Shown: positions 1 through 9,323 of the stretch, piece by piece | Numbering within the stretch: the stretch's first letter is position 1 | How the letters are laid out: each line of letters begins with the position of its first letter | DNA from: Nostoc sp. PCC 7120 = FACHB-418 | GTDB lineage: Bacteria; Cyanobacteriota; Cyanobacteriia; Cyanobacteriales; Nostocaceae | Length of the DNA: 32,000 nucleotides | NCBI RefSeq assembly: GCF_000009705.1 | Contig: NC_003272.1 | Location: 4,950,001-4,982,000, forward strand | Reading direction: 5' to 3' | Notes under the pieces: generated by a model | Database searches by the model: none | Told to the model about the DNA's origin: nothing | Seen by the model: the letters and a program-made list of their open reading frames with translations, nothing else | Position numbers and translations under genes: made by a program

Positions 1-196
1 GCATCACAGCCGCCGCTAACCGCACCACCGCATCACCAACAAACTCCAACTGTTCATAATTAGCTGATTCAGACACAGTAGGATGAGTCAATGCTAAATC
101 CAGCAATTCCCACTTAATGGGTGCTGTTATTGGCAGACCTAATTTTCTTACTAAACTTTCAAGTTGCCTCTGACGGCGGGGATACACAAGAGTCAT
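1..196 (-). CDS. rnc: Ribonuclease III, N-terminal part (gene continues past the left window edge)
   Basis: The reverse strand from the ATG at 196..194 reads MTLVYPRRQRQLESLVRKLGLPITAPIKWELLDLALTHPTVSESANYEQLEFVGDAVVRLAAAVM. This contains the RNase III signature (ALTH.S....NYE.LEF.GDA). An in-frame TAA two codons upstream fixes the start. It is absent from the ORF track because the window edge truncates it. Confidence 0.8.
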   Translation of the reverse strand, partial: MTLVYPRRQRQLESLVRKLGLPITAPIKWELLDLALTHPTVSESANYEQLEFVGDAVVRLAAAVM

Positions 197-280
197 TTGT
201 TAGTTGTCAGTTGTCAGTTGCCAGTTGTCAGTTGTCAGTTGTCAGTTGTCAGTTGTCAGTTGTCAGTTGTCATTGGTCGT
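197..280. repeat. STRR-type heptamer tandem array, about 12 units of TTGTCAG (variants TTGTTAG, TTGCCAG, TTGTCAT, TGGTCGT)
   Basis: Direct reading shows 7-nt periodicity from 197 to 280. The array begins immediately next to the rnc start codon. Confidence 0.95.
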
Positions 281-294
281 TTCTTTTGACTAGG

Positions 295-356
295 GACTAA
301 TGACTAATGACTATTGACTAATAACTAATGACTATCGACTAATGACTATTGACTAA
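295..356. repeat. STRR-type heptamer tandem array, about 9 units of GACTAAT (variants GACTATT, AACTAAT, GACTATC)
   Basis: Direct reading. The array ends about 6 nt from the 3' end of rnpB. Confidence 0.95.
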
Positions 357-362
357 AAGAGG

Positions 363-809
363 AGAGAGTTGGTGGTAAGCCGGGTTCTGTTCTCTGTGTA
401 AATTGCTTTACACGAGGGCGATTATCTATCTGGGACGTTTGTTACCAAACGCCTCTAGCGGCTCTCTGATAGCGGAACTGGTAAAAGACCAACCATAGTT
501 CCTTCGGCCTTGCTCCCAACCGGGGTTTACCGAGCCAGTACCTCTCGATACTGCTGGTGCGCTCTTACCGCACCTTTGCACCCTTACCAAGAGTTGGGTA
601 TTGGGTATGGGGGATTAGGGATTGGGAAGTTTCTTCCCCAGTCCCCAACCCCTAGTCCCCAGTCCCCAATCTTGGCGGTATTTTTCTGTGGCACTATCCT
701 CACGATCGCTCGCACTGGACGTTATCCAGCAAGTCTGGTCTTTCGGGAGTCCGGACTTTCCTCAAATCAGTTAAGCTAACTGGTCTGCAACCGCCAACGC
801 CTACTCTCT
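363..809 (-). ncRNA. rnpB: RNase P RNA (bacterial type A), about 447 nt
   Basis: The reverse complement reads AGAGAGUAGGCG...UUUGAGGAAAGUCCGGACUCCCGAAAGACC...GGUAAGGGUGCAAAGGUGCGGUAAGAGCGCACC...CGGUAAACCCC...AGCAAGGCC...ACAGAACCCGGCUUACCACCAACUCUCU. All universally conserved RNase P RNA blocks (P4 halves, J11/12-like, P15 region) are present in the correct order. The 5' AGAGAGU and 3' ACUCUCU can pair as P1. The ends are approximate, within a few nt. Confidence 0.93.
594..670 (-). repeat. Inverted STRR arrays forming a long hairpin inside rnpB (P12-type extension)
   Basis: On the plus strand, five TTGGGTA-like heptamers (594-628) face five CCCCAGT-like heptamers (636-670) across a short loop. 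The two arms are complementary. Confidence 0.85.
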
Positions 810-855
810 CCCTAGCTCCAGTGTAATCTTCGTTGGTGTCTTGTGTCTGTTTTGC

Positions 856-1563
856 TTATTTCTTTTTATTCCAGGGTAGGGCATAAGTCCAAGGTAGTTT
901 TTTGATAGTGAAGGGACAATTAATAATGGATATGGGAGGAAATTCTGACCCAGGAACAAAACCTGCTCGTACTTTAGTTACCCGCAGTACTAGTTGTAGA
1001 GAAAAGTCTAACTCCTTACCTCTATTCATAAATTCGCCATACAATTTTTTCTGAGGTGGCCCGCCCTTTTGTAACCCTGTAATATTAATTAAGGGTTTTT
1101 TTGCTGAATAAGTGCCAGCTACCTGATCGCGCTCGAAGACATCTTCGGCTGTAATGGACTCTGTTAGTGTCTTTTTTGGAACGATTAAACTAGGACTTTG
1201 TGGTACAGCTAAGTCACGGGTTAAGTCTGGTGATTTTCTAATCACTCGCCGTGATTGTTTGGAATGCTCGACTACTAAAGAGCTATTATCCCAGTCTACA
1301 TAAATAGCGACATCATCAGATTTATTCTCAATGCTCATTGAGAGGTCTTTAACGTCATCATAGGAGTTAGAGGCTGCAAGTTTAAAGGATATGCCAATTT
1401 TGTCGTCGAGTTCTTGTTCTTTGAGTTGGTCATCTACTACGGATTTTTTAAACTCATATTTGATGCGATCATCAATGGCATCAACCATGCGATTAAATAT
1501 ATAAGATACACCAATAATATAGATTGTTAAGACAAGTAAATTTTGGTCAGTACTCCTAGTCAT
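856..1563 (-). CDS. Hypothetical protein with an N-terminal membrane anchor, 235 aa
   Basis: Long ORF with an ATG start, 62 nt downstream of corA on the same strand. It has one N-terminal hydrophobic segment (LLVLTIYIIGVSYIF) followed by a charged soluble region. I recognise no family. Confidence 0.55.
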   Translation of the reverse strand: MTRSTDQNLLVLTIYIIGVSYIFNRMVDAIDDRIKYEFKKSVVDDQLKEQELDDKIGISFKLAASNSYDDVKDLSMSIENKSDDVAIYVDWDNSSLVVEHSKQSRRVIRKSPDLTRDLAVPQSPSLIVPKKTLTESITAEDVFERDQVAGTYSAKKPLINITGLQKGGPPQKKLYGEFMNRGKELDFSLQLVLRVTKVRAGFVPGSEFPPISIINCPFTIKKLPWTYALPWNKKK

Positions 1564-1625
1564 ACTTAACTATATAAACTCCATATAATAATTTTTCCTA
1601 CGTAACCCCTTGGCAACGTTCAATA

Positions 1626-2768
1626 TTAATCACGCTCAATCATAGAAGAATTTTCTAGCCAACCTCGTTTCCAAAATAAAAATAGTAATGCAAAAGCGAT
1701 CGCTCCCATAACTCCTAAGCACAGGGGGTAACCCCAATACCAGTTCAACTCAGGCATATTGTATGGCGATTTTTCCGTATTGAAATTCATTCCATATATA
1801 CCTGCAACAAAAGTTAGGGGAATAAAGATTGATGAAACCACTGTCAGTAGTTTCATAACTTCATTCATTTTGTTACTGACTGCTGACAAGTATACATCCA
1901 TCAATCCAGAGGCTAACTCGCGGTAGGTTTCCACCATATCCATGACTTGCACCGCATGGTCATAACAATCGCGGAGATAGATTTGCACCTCCGGGCTAAT
2001 GAGTTGACTGCGATCGCGTATTAAAGCATTAATCGCATCTCGTTGCGGCCAAATAGCCCGACGCAGTTGCAGTAATTCGCGCCTCACGTGATAAATTTTT
2101 TGCAGTGTTTGGCGACTAGGACTAACGATTACTTCTTCCTCTAAATCCTCAAGTGCTTCCCCATAACGTTCCAAAACTGGGAAAAAACCATCAATAATCG
2201 CATCGAGCAAAGCATAAGCTAAATAATCAGCACCTTGGCGGCGGATAGTTCCTTTACCTTTTTCAATTCGCATCCTCACGCCTGCAAAGCAATCATGCTC
2301 TGGTTCTTCCTGAATACTTAACAGGTAGTGCTTACCTAAAATTAGACTGACTTGCTCACTATAAAACCCTGATTCCCTTTCCTTGGGTACAACCATCCGG
2401 GCAATAAATAATAATTGGTCGTCGTAATCCTCCGTTTTGGGGCGTTCCGATACATTCACCACATCTTCTAAAACCAGAGGCGGTAACTCAAAAACTTGCC
2501 CCACTCGCTCTAAGATGTCCTGATTACCCAAACCCTGGACATCTACCCAAGTCACAGAACTGGTATCCAAATAGGGTAGGCATTCTTCCGGTGTGGCAAC
2601 TCGTTGATGAGTAAAATCAGTTTGGCTATAGTCAATTAAGTCGATTTCCGGTGGCGGCGCATCTGCATCAATAATGATAGTTCCGGGGATGGTTCCAGGG
2701 TAATGATAGAACTCATCTTTATATGGTTTATTGACTGCTTTGGCAAGACGACGAAGTTTTCTAATCAT
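1626..2768 (-). CDS. corA: CorA-family Mg2+/Co2+ transporter
   Basis: 380 aa with an ATG start. It has a C-terminal two-TM region carrying the YGMNF (GMN) signature, preceded by the long acidic cytoplasmic domain typical of CorA. Confidence 0.9.
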   Translation of the reverse strand: MIRKLRRLAKAVNKPYKDEFYHYPGTIPGTIIIDADAPPPEIDLIDYSQTDFTHQRVATPEECLPYLDTSSVTWVDVQGLGNQDILERVGQVFELPPLVLEDVVNVSERPKTEDYDDQLLFIARMVVPKERESGFYSEQVSLILGKHYLLSIQEEPEHDCFAGVRMRIEKGKGTIRRQGADYLAYALLDAIIDGFFPVLERYGEALEDLEEEVIVSPSRQTLQKIYHVRRELLQLRRAIWPQRDAINALIRDRSQLISPEVQIYLRDCYDHAVQVMDMVETYRELASGLMDVYLSAVSNKMNEVMKLLTVVSSIFIPLTFVAGIYGMNFNTEKSPYNMPELNWYWGYPLCLGVMGAIAFALLFLFWKRGWLENSSMIERD

Positions 2769-2866
2769 GCAGTTATACCCGAAACTTATTAATTAAAAGA
2801 GTCCTGAGTCAAGAGTCAATGGTCAAAATTTAGCTTCTCTCTCTAAGTCCTGAGTAAAAGTTTCTT

Positions 2867-2914
2867 CCCCTACACCCTTACACCCCTAAACCCCCACACC
2901 CTTACACCCTAAGC
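2867..2914. repeat. Imperfect 8-nt tandem repeat (CCTTACAC-like, about 6 units)
   Basis: Direct reading gives ccctacac ccttacac ccctaaac ccccacac ccttacac cctaagc, located in the corA/glyS divergent spacer. Confidence 0.6.
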
Positions 2915-2979
2915 CTGACGGCAAGGTAAACTGTTGGAATTGATAAAGTTAAGCTACGCAAAGTTAGAAACAGAATCCT

Positions 2980-5130
2980 ATGCCTGGGTTTTTATTGGAA
3001 GTTGGAACAGAAGAATTACCTGCAAGCTTTCTCGGTGGTGCGATCGCTCAGTGGCGATCGCGGATTCCCCAGAGTTTAGCAGCTAATAGCCTCACCAGTG
3101 AATCTGTAGAGGTCTACGGGACTCCCCGGCGTTTGGCAGTACTCATCACAGGTTTACCATCCCAACAGCCAGATCGGGAAGAGGAAATCAAAGGCCCACC
3201 CGCCCAAGCAGCTTTTAAAGATGGTCAACCAACTCCAGCCGCCGTAGGTTTTGCTAAAAAGCAAGGGGTAGAACTAGAGGCGTTAGAGGTACGCCCCACG
3301 GATAAGGGGGAATTTGTCTTTATTCAGAAAAAAACACCCGGTCGTCCTGTGGCAGACATTCTAACCGAACTTGTCCCTCAATGGATTTATAGCCTAGAAG
3401 GTAAGCGGTTGATGCGTTGGGGTGATGGGGATGTGAGATTTTCCCGTCCCATTCGCTGGTTAGTTGCTTTATTAGATGAGGCGATTTTGCCCCTGGAATT
3501 GGTGAATGGTTCCTTGACGGTGAAGAGCGATCGCATTTCTTACGGTCATCGGGTTTTACATCCCGCACCAATTACAATTCAGAAAGCGGGTGATTACGTC
3601 AATACGCTGCGTGATGGTTATGTGACTGTAAATGCTAAGGAACGGACGACGACAATTAAAGAGCAAGTAGCCGCTACGGTGCAAAAATTAGGCGGTTATA
3701 CAGAAATTTACCCAGATTTATTAGAGGAAGTTACTAACTTAGTAGAATGGCCTTCCCCAGTGGTTGGTAAATTTGAAGAAGAATTTTTAAACTTACCGAC
3801 GGAAGTGACGACAACAGTCATGGTGAGTCACCAACGTTATTTTCCTGTATTCAAGACTGGGGATCATAAAGAACTTTTACCTTATTTCATCACCGTTTCT
3901 AACGGCGACCCCACTAAATCAGAAGTGATTGCGGTTGGTAATGAAAGAGTGATTCGGGCAAGATTAGCAGATGGTCAGTTTTTCTATAAAACAGATTTAT
4001 CCAAGAGTTTAGAAAGTTATTTACCCCAATTAGAAACAGTCACTTTTCAAGAAGACCTTGGTTCTTTACGTGGCAAGGTAGAGAGAATTGTTAAGGTTGC
4101 TGCACAGATTAGTAGCCAACTGCAATTAGGGGAAGGCGATCGCCAAAACAACCAAAGAGCCGCTTTATTATGTAAAGCTGATTTAGTCACCCAAATGGTG
4201 TTTGAATTCCCAGAACTACAGGGAATTATGGGACAAAAGTATGCTGTAGCTAGTGGAGAAAGTCCAGAAGTATCCACGGCAATTGTTGAACATTATTTAC
4301 CACGGGGAGCCGATGACATCTTACCCCAAACCCTCACAGGTCAAGTTGTGGGTTTGGCAGATAGACTCGATACCTTAGTGAGTATCTTTGGCTTGGGGTT
4401 AATTCCCACAGGTTCATCTGACCCCTTTGCTTTGCGCCGCGCCGCTAACGCTGTAGTTAACATTACTTGGGCTGCTAATTTACAAATCAACTTAGCTAGT
4501 TTACTGGCACAAACAGTAGCCGAATTTGCTGCCCAATACAATAAAGACCAAGCGCCATTAATTACAGCCTTAAATGAATTCTTTTTGCAACGTATTCGCA
4601 CCTTATTACAAGAAGAGAAACAAATTGACTACGACTTAGTAAATGCAGTATTGGGAGAGAATGACCCAGAATATACAGAACGGGCATTACAGGATTTACT
4701 AGATGTGCGCGATCGCGCCCTCTATCTACAACAAATCCGCCGCGACGGTACACTAGATAAAATCTACGAAACCGTGAACCGTTCCACACGCCTAGCAGCC
4801 CAAGGTGATTTAGATACCCAACAGCTAGACCCCACATCTGTAGTGCGTCCTGAATTGTTCCAAAAGCCTTCCGAATCAGATTTTTATGATGCTTTGGTTA
4901 AACTAGTACCCCAAACGCAAGCAGCACAAGAGTCACGCAACTATCAATTGTTAGTAGCGGGGTTGGTGGAGATTGCGCCTACGGTGAGTAACTTCTTTGA
5001 TGGAGCAGATAGCGTTTTAGTGATTGACCCCGACCCAGAAATCAAGCGCAATCGCCTAAATATCCTGGGATTATTGCGGAATCATGCCCGTGTGTTAGCT
5101 GACTTTGGGGCGATCGTGAAAAATCTGTAG
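2980..5130 (+). CDS. glyS: Glycine--tRNA ligase beta subunit
   Basis: 716 aa. The N-terminus [15 protein letters not shown], the YGTPRRLAV block and the size are typical of GlyS. ATG start. Confidence 0.95.
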
Positions 5131-5214
5131 TATAAAGCAATAAAAAGTGGTGTAATTTTTGCCCATTAAGCGCTACCATTATGAGTGCTTAACCAGGGAA
5201 CTCTGCCACAGTCT

Positions 5215-6603
5215 ATGTCCAAAGCCCATGTAGTTGGATTAGGAAAGTCCGGTGTTGCTGCGGCGAGATTGTTGAAACGGGAAGGTTGGGAGGTAGTTCT
5301 GAGCGACAGTAACACCTCCGATACCCTCCTCAAACAGCAACAAGAACTCGCTAAAGAACAAATCACAGTTGAATTAGGGTATTCATTAGATTTTGCTGGT
5401 GCTTTACCTGATTTGATTATTGTGAGTCCCGGCGTTCCTTGGGACATTCCCGACTTAGTCAAAGCGCGAGATTTGGGCATAGAAACTATTGGCGAAATGG
5501 AACTCGCTTGGCGACATTTAAAGTCTTTGCCTTGGGTAGGAATTACCGGCACTAACGGCAAAACCACCACCACAGCCTTAATTGCCGCTATCTTTCAAGC
5601 AGCCGGATTCGATGCCCCCGCTTGCGGTAACATTGGCTATGCGGCTTGTGAAGTGGCTCTAGCAGAAATACCCCCCGATTGGATAATTGGGGAAATGAGC
5701 AGCTATCAAATAGAATCGTCCGTCACCCTAGCCCCTCATATTAGTATCTGGACAACCTTCACCCCAGATCACCTAGCCCGTCACAAGACTTTAGAAAACT
5801 ATTACGACATTAAAGCCAAGTTATTACGTCAATCCCATTTACAAGTGTTCAATGGTGATGATGCCTACTTATCTAAGATAGGTGCAAGTCATTGGCCGGA
5901 TGCCTATTGGACAAGTGTGCAAGGGAAAGAATCCCTACTTGGTGAAAAAGGCTTTTATATTGAAGATGGCTGGGTGGTAGAACAATTGCCAAACTCCCCA
6001 CCCCAAAGAATTGTCGAAGCCTCAGCTCTACGCATGGTAGGGGCGCACAACCTGCAAAATCTCCTCATGGCAGTAGCCGCAGCCCGTTTAGCAGATATTT
6101 CCCCCAATGCCATTGACAAGGCGGTGCGAGAATTTCCAGGGGTTGCTCATCGCTTAGAACACATCTGCACTTGGGAAGGCATCGACTTTATCAACGACAG
6201 CAAAGCCACAAACTACGATGCGGCGGAAGTAGGACTAGCATCGGTGAAAAGCCCAGTGGTTTTAATAGCTGGCGGTGAAGCCAAACCAGGGGATGATACA
6301 GCTTGGTTGGCGAAAATCCAAGCGCAAACATCAGCCGTGTTACTTATTGGTAGTGCTGCACCAGCATTCGCCCAACGCCTAAAAGAAGTTGGGTATACCC
6401 ATTATGAAATCGTGGAGACGATGGAAAAAGCGGTAAGGCGATCGCTAGAATTAGCTAAACACCATCAAGCCCCCGTAGTCTTGTTATCCCCAGCCTGCGC
6501 CAGCTTCGACCAATACCCCAATTTTGAAGCACGGGGCGATCATTTTCGGGAGTTGTGTCTGGAATTGGTAGGGGAAAAAGAAACAAATTCAAATCATCAT
6601 TAA
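5215..6603 (+). CDS. murD: UDP-N-acetylmuramoyl-L-alanine--D-glutamate ligase
   Basis: The protein has the Mur ligase P-loop [11 protein letters not shown], the N-terminal Rossmann motif [15 protein letters not shown] and the DSKATN motif. I placed the start at ATG 5215 ([13 protein letters not shown]) rather than the upstream GTG 5185 given by the ORF track. Confidence 0.9.
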   Translation: MSKAHVVGLGKSGVAAARLLKREGWEVVLSDSNTSDTLLKQQQELAKEQITVELGYSLDFAGALPDLIIVSPGVPWDIPDLVKARDLGIETIGEMELAWRHLKSLPWVGITGTNGKTTTTALIAAIFQAAGFDAPACGNIGYAACEVALAEIPPDWIIGEMSSYQIESSVTLAPHISIWTTFTPDHLARHKTLENYYDIKAKLLRQSHLQVFNGDDAYLSKIGASHWPDAYWTSVQGKESLLGEKGFYIEDGWVVEQLPNSPPQRIVEASALRMVGAHNLQNLLMAVAAARLADISPNAIDKAVREFPGVAHRLEHICTWEGIDFINDSKATNYDAAEVGLASVKSPVVLIAGGEAKPGDDTAWLAKIQAQTSAVLLIGSAAPAFAQRLKEVGYTHYEIVETMEKAVRRSLELAKHHQAPVVLLSPACASFDQYPNFEARGDHFRELCLELVGEKETNSNHH

Positions 6604-7184
6604 TGCTGATGTACTCTCTCCAGTAGCCAAATTGAAGCGATCGCCCCCACAAAATGGGCCGCAATACCATTGATATTCCCTACCATCACAAACACATCCA
6701 GCGCCCTGATAATTTTGTTGGGGTCAGTAATGGCTACCCCTGGTGGTTGGGAAATAGATTTTGCAATGAGTACACCCAAGGTTGCACCAGCACCTATGAG
6801 GGTTAGTAGTATTCCCACTAAACTTACTATTATTCCTAACCGAATCGCTTGAGTTGTATCTGCCTTGCTGGGGTGTAAAGCCGGATTGGGATTTGCTAAA
6901 TGCTTACCGATGCGGGTGTAACGAAAATCCCAATACACACTAAACAATAAAGCTATAACACCGCAGACAGCCCAAAATATGCCAATTCCCAGTCCTGCGT
7001 TTGGTTGCTCTGCAAAGCCGCGGCCAGTGGAGGCGAAAAGTAAAGCTAAACCAGCAACCACAGCCAGTCCCAGTTGTACCCAAAGAGTAATCCAGCCTGT
7101 GAGACGAATTGTATTGGCAATTCCGTAGAGGGTAGGCGCTCCCCCTACAGTAGGTGACGAGCGCATTTCTGATTCCGCTTCCAT
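6600..7184 (-). CDS. Conserved cyanobacterial/plastid-type 4-TM membrane protein (DUF3611-like, family name from memory)
   Basis: 194 aa with an ATG start and four clear hydrophobic segments. Its stop codon shares the tetranucleotide TTAA with the murD stop. Confidence 0.65.
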   Translation of the reverse strand: MEAESEMRSSPTVGGAPTLYGIANTIRLTGWITLWVQLGLAVVAGLALLFASTGRGFAEQPNAGLGIGIFWAVCGVIALLFSVYWDFRYTRIGKHLANPNPALHPSKADTTQAIRLGIIVSLVGILLTLIGAGATLGVLIAKSISQPPGVAITDPNKIIRALDVFVMVGNINGIAAHFVGAIASIWLLERVHQH

Positions 7185-7397
7185 ATCAATTTCCTTTGCT
7201 TATGCCCCAATCACTACGATATTTCCCCTCTTGTACACAAACGCCCACCCACAGACAGAACACCCCTCCACCCAGGAGACATAAAGTTACGTATCTCAAA
7301 CTTAGGATTGATGGGTAATTAGGGTTTTGGTTGCCAAAATATAGGCACAATCAGGCATATTTAAGCGATAAATAGCATTTGCTAAGGAATAAGGGAC

Positions 7398-7871
7398 ATG
7401 ATTAAATCTTGGATGGTGATTGGCGGTGTGGCTATTTTAGTAGCCTTGGCTGCTAATTTAATTGCACCAAGCGATCGCAAGTGGTTCAACCGCCTGCAAA
7501 GACCCAGATGGTTAACATTTGAAGCAGCAATCCCAGTGATCTGGACTGTAATTTTTATCTGTGGTGCTTGGTCTGCTTATATTGTGTGGGAGAAAAACCC
7601 AGGAACCAATACAACATGGTTGATCATGGGTTTATACTTGCTATTAGAAATTGTGACTATTGCATATACACCTGTGATGTCCAGGCTCCGTAGTCTTCGG
7701 GTGGGTACAATTATCGGAGGTACAGGTTTAGTTATTAGCCTAATTTTAACCCTGGTTGTCTTAAATAGTTCTGGTTGGGCAGCATTATTACTAGTTCCTT
7801 ATTTGCTGTGGAGTCCCATCGGCACTTACACAACTTGGCAAATGGCTCATCTCAATCCTCAAGATGCTTAA
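7398..7871 (+). CDS. tspO: TspO/MBR family tryptophan-rich sensory protein, copy 1
   Basis: 157 aa with 5 predicted TM segments. It carries the motifs WFNRLQRPRW, IWTVIFICGAWSAYIVW and PYLLWSPIGTYTT. ATG start preceded by AAGGGA. Confidence 0.85.
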   Translation: MIKSWMVIGGVAILVALAANLIAPSDRKWFNRLQRPRWLTFEAAIPVIWTVIFICGAWSAYIVWEKNPGTNTTWLIMGLYLLLEIVTIAYTPVMSRLRSLRVGTIIGGTGLVISLILTLVVLNSSGWAALLLVPYLLWSPIGTYTTWQMAHLNPQDA

Positions 7872-7927
7872 TATTCCTACTAATGACTGATTAATCCCCT
7901 ATCCGCCATTGTCAAACTAGCAGGATT

Positions 7928-8046
7928 AGGACTTACGTATAAAAGCGAAAAATTATGGTTTTGAGAGGTACAGGTCATAGGTGTTTAAAACCCTTACCCC
8001 CTTATACCCTACTAACTAAAGTGAAGAGTTTCGTTGCGTTAGTCCT
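7928..8046. mobile_element. MITE-like small dispersed element, copy 1 (119 bp)
   Basis: It has terminal inverted repeats AGGACTTACG ... CGTTAGTCCT. The internal block GTTTAAAACCCTTACCCCCTTATACCC is shared with the element at 9324-9445. It has no coding capacity. Confidence 0.5.
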
Positions 8047-8086
8047 GAATATATGACTGGAAAAAATCTCAGGGATAGGAAAAAGT

Positions 8087-8560
8087 ATGATTCCCTCTTG
8101 GTTAGTGATTGGGGCTGTAACTTTCTTAGTCGCAGTTGGAAGTTTCTTCATTACACCCCGTGATGTTAAATGGTTTGCCCAATTAAGTCGCCCCCGATGG
8201 CTAGTTTTTGAGCAATTTATCCCCTTGATTTGGACTGTAATTTTTATTTGCGGTGCGGCTTCCGCCTACATCGTTTGGGAACACAACCCAGGCGGTACGA
8301 TCACCTGGCTACTAATGGTTTTATACCTTTTAGTAGAAATAATCACCGTAACTTATATACCTTTAATGTTGAGATTTCGCAGTCTCAAAACAGGAGAAAT
8401 TATTGGCTTAAGCGGTTTCATCGCAGCTGTTGTGTTAGCGATCGCTGTACTACCTATTTCTGGGCTAGCATCTGTATTATTGATTCCCTATCTACTATGG
8501 AGTCCCATCGGTACATATACCACCGACGAACTAAGGCAACTCAATCCTGAAGACGCTTAA
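8087..8560 (+). CDS. tspO: TspO/MBR family protein, copy 2 (tandem paralog)
   Basis: 157 aa. My ungapped hand alignment to copy 1 gives 96/157 identical residues. It has the same motifs. Confidence 0.85.
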   Translation: MIPSWLVIGAVTFLVAVGSFFITPRDVKWFAQLSRPRWLVFEQFIPLIWTVIFICGAASAYIVWEHNPGGTITWLLMVLYLLVEIITVTYIPLMLRFRSLKTGEIIGLSGFIAAVVLAIAVLPISGLASVLLIPYLLWSPIGTYTTDELRQLNPEDA

Positions 8561-8568
8561 ACTCAGAA

Positions 8569-9273
8569 CTATGGCACACGTCCATAAATGGCGGTAGGCT
8601 GATTACTCAACCAAGCCCACATTTGATCACCGTAGCAAAAATGCCACCACTCCTTCGGATTACGTTGGAAACTAGCTTTTAACATGACATCACACAACAA
8701 TTGACGATGAGCGTGATACTCCGGCGCTGCTGGTTCTTTACTATTGGCATAGTAATCGGGATGCGATCGCTCTGACAATTCATCAATCGGCGAACCCATG
8801 TTTACAACCTGTCCGCCATCATCTACTAAAGTCACGTCTACTGCTGCACCGGTACTGTGGGGTGGAGGAGTTTTTTCATCCAAACTCGGTACAGCCCAAA
8901 TTTCATAAACCGCTTGCCAAATTTCTTGGCGTTGCTGCGGCGTTAATTCAGCCTCAATTAACCCTCGTTCCTCAACTGCCATAGCGAAGCTGTAATCTAC
9001 CATAAACTGCTGCACAGCTACTGGACGATAGGCATCAAAAATTTGGATGCGCCAGCGAGGACGCAGCGACTCTAAATAACTTTGAGCTTTTATTAAACAG
9101 TTAACAACACTCTGACGCAAAAAATAAGGTGAATATTCTCCGTAAGCAGCCCCTAATCTTGCATAAGGATGGGGAGACTCCCAGGAAAATAATTCTAAAG
9201 GAATCTCTACTAGCGGTTCACCACATTCCACAATAAGTATTTGATGATAAGGTCTGATCTGGTAATTAATCAC
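8569..9273 (-). CDS. ddpX: D-alanyl-D-alanine dipeptidase (VanX/DdpX, peptidase M15D)
   Basis: 234 aa carrying FDAYRP, the zinc-ligand block HSTGAAVDVTL and EWWHF near the C-terminus. The start codon at 9273 is GTG, and there is no in-frame ATG nearby. Confidence 0.85.
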   Translation of the reverse strand: MINYQIRPYHQILIVECGEPLVEIPLELFSWESPHPYARLGAAYGEYSPYFLRQSVVNCLIKAQSYLESLRPRWRIQIFDAYRPVAVQQFMVDYSFAMAVEERGLIEAELTPQQRQEIWQAVYEIWAVPSLDEKTPPPHSTGAAVDVTLVDDGGQVVNMGSPIDELSERSHPDYYANSKEPAAPEYHAHRQLLCDVMLKASFQRNPKEWWHFCYGDQMWAWLSNQPTAIYGRVP

Positions 9274-9323
9274 TCTCAGTAGATTTAGATTTAACTAAAC
9301 CTAGAATTTACCTTTTTTTAAGT

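Noticed and set aside
197-356. Possible CRISPR array or coding repeat
   Set aside because: The unit length is 7 nt with no spacers, so these are STRR tandem arrays and not CRISPR. An in-frame stop lies just upstream of the rnc ATG.
510-779. 89-aa plus-strand ORF from the track
   Set aside because: It lies entirely inside, and antisense to, the RNase P RNA gene. Part of its sequence is simply translated STRR hairpin (PQSPTPSPQSP).
2790-2930. Possible third copy of the MITE-like element
   Set aside because: It shares only the C/T-rich CCTTACAC-type tract. It has no matching terminal inverted repeats and no GTTTAAAA block.
3320-4837. Four minus-strand ORFs (83, 76, 86 and 91 aa) inside glyS
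   Set aside because: They are shadow ORFs antisense to a well-supported 716-aa gene, with low-complexity or Cys/Trp-rich translations.
5166-5573. 135-aa minus-strand ORF and the GTG 5185 start for murD
   Set aside because: The ORF is antisense to the murD N-terminal domain. The GTG start would add 10 residues with no support, whereas ATG 5215 gives the canonical MurD N-terminus.
6455-6852. ORFs 6455..6670 (-) and 6670..6852 (+)
   Set aside because: They overlap murD and the 194-aa membrane-protein gene in other frames or strands. They are short and have no recognisable features.
8230-8550. 106-aa ORF in an alternative frame of tspO copy 2
   Set aside because: It is on the same strand as a clearly homologous TspO reading frame and overlaps it out of frame. 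Its translation is Arg/Cys-rich noise.
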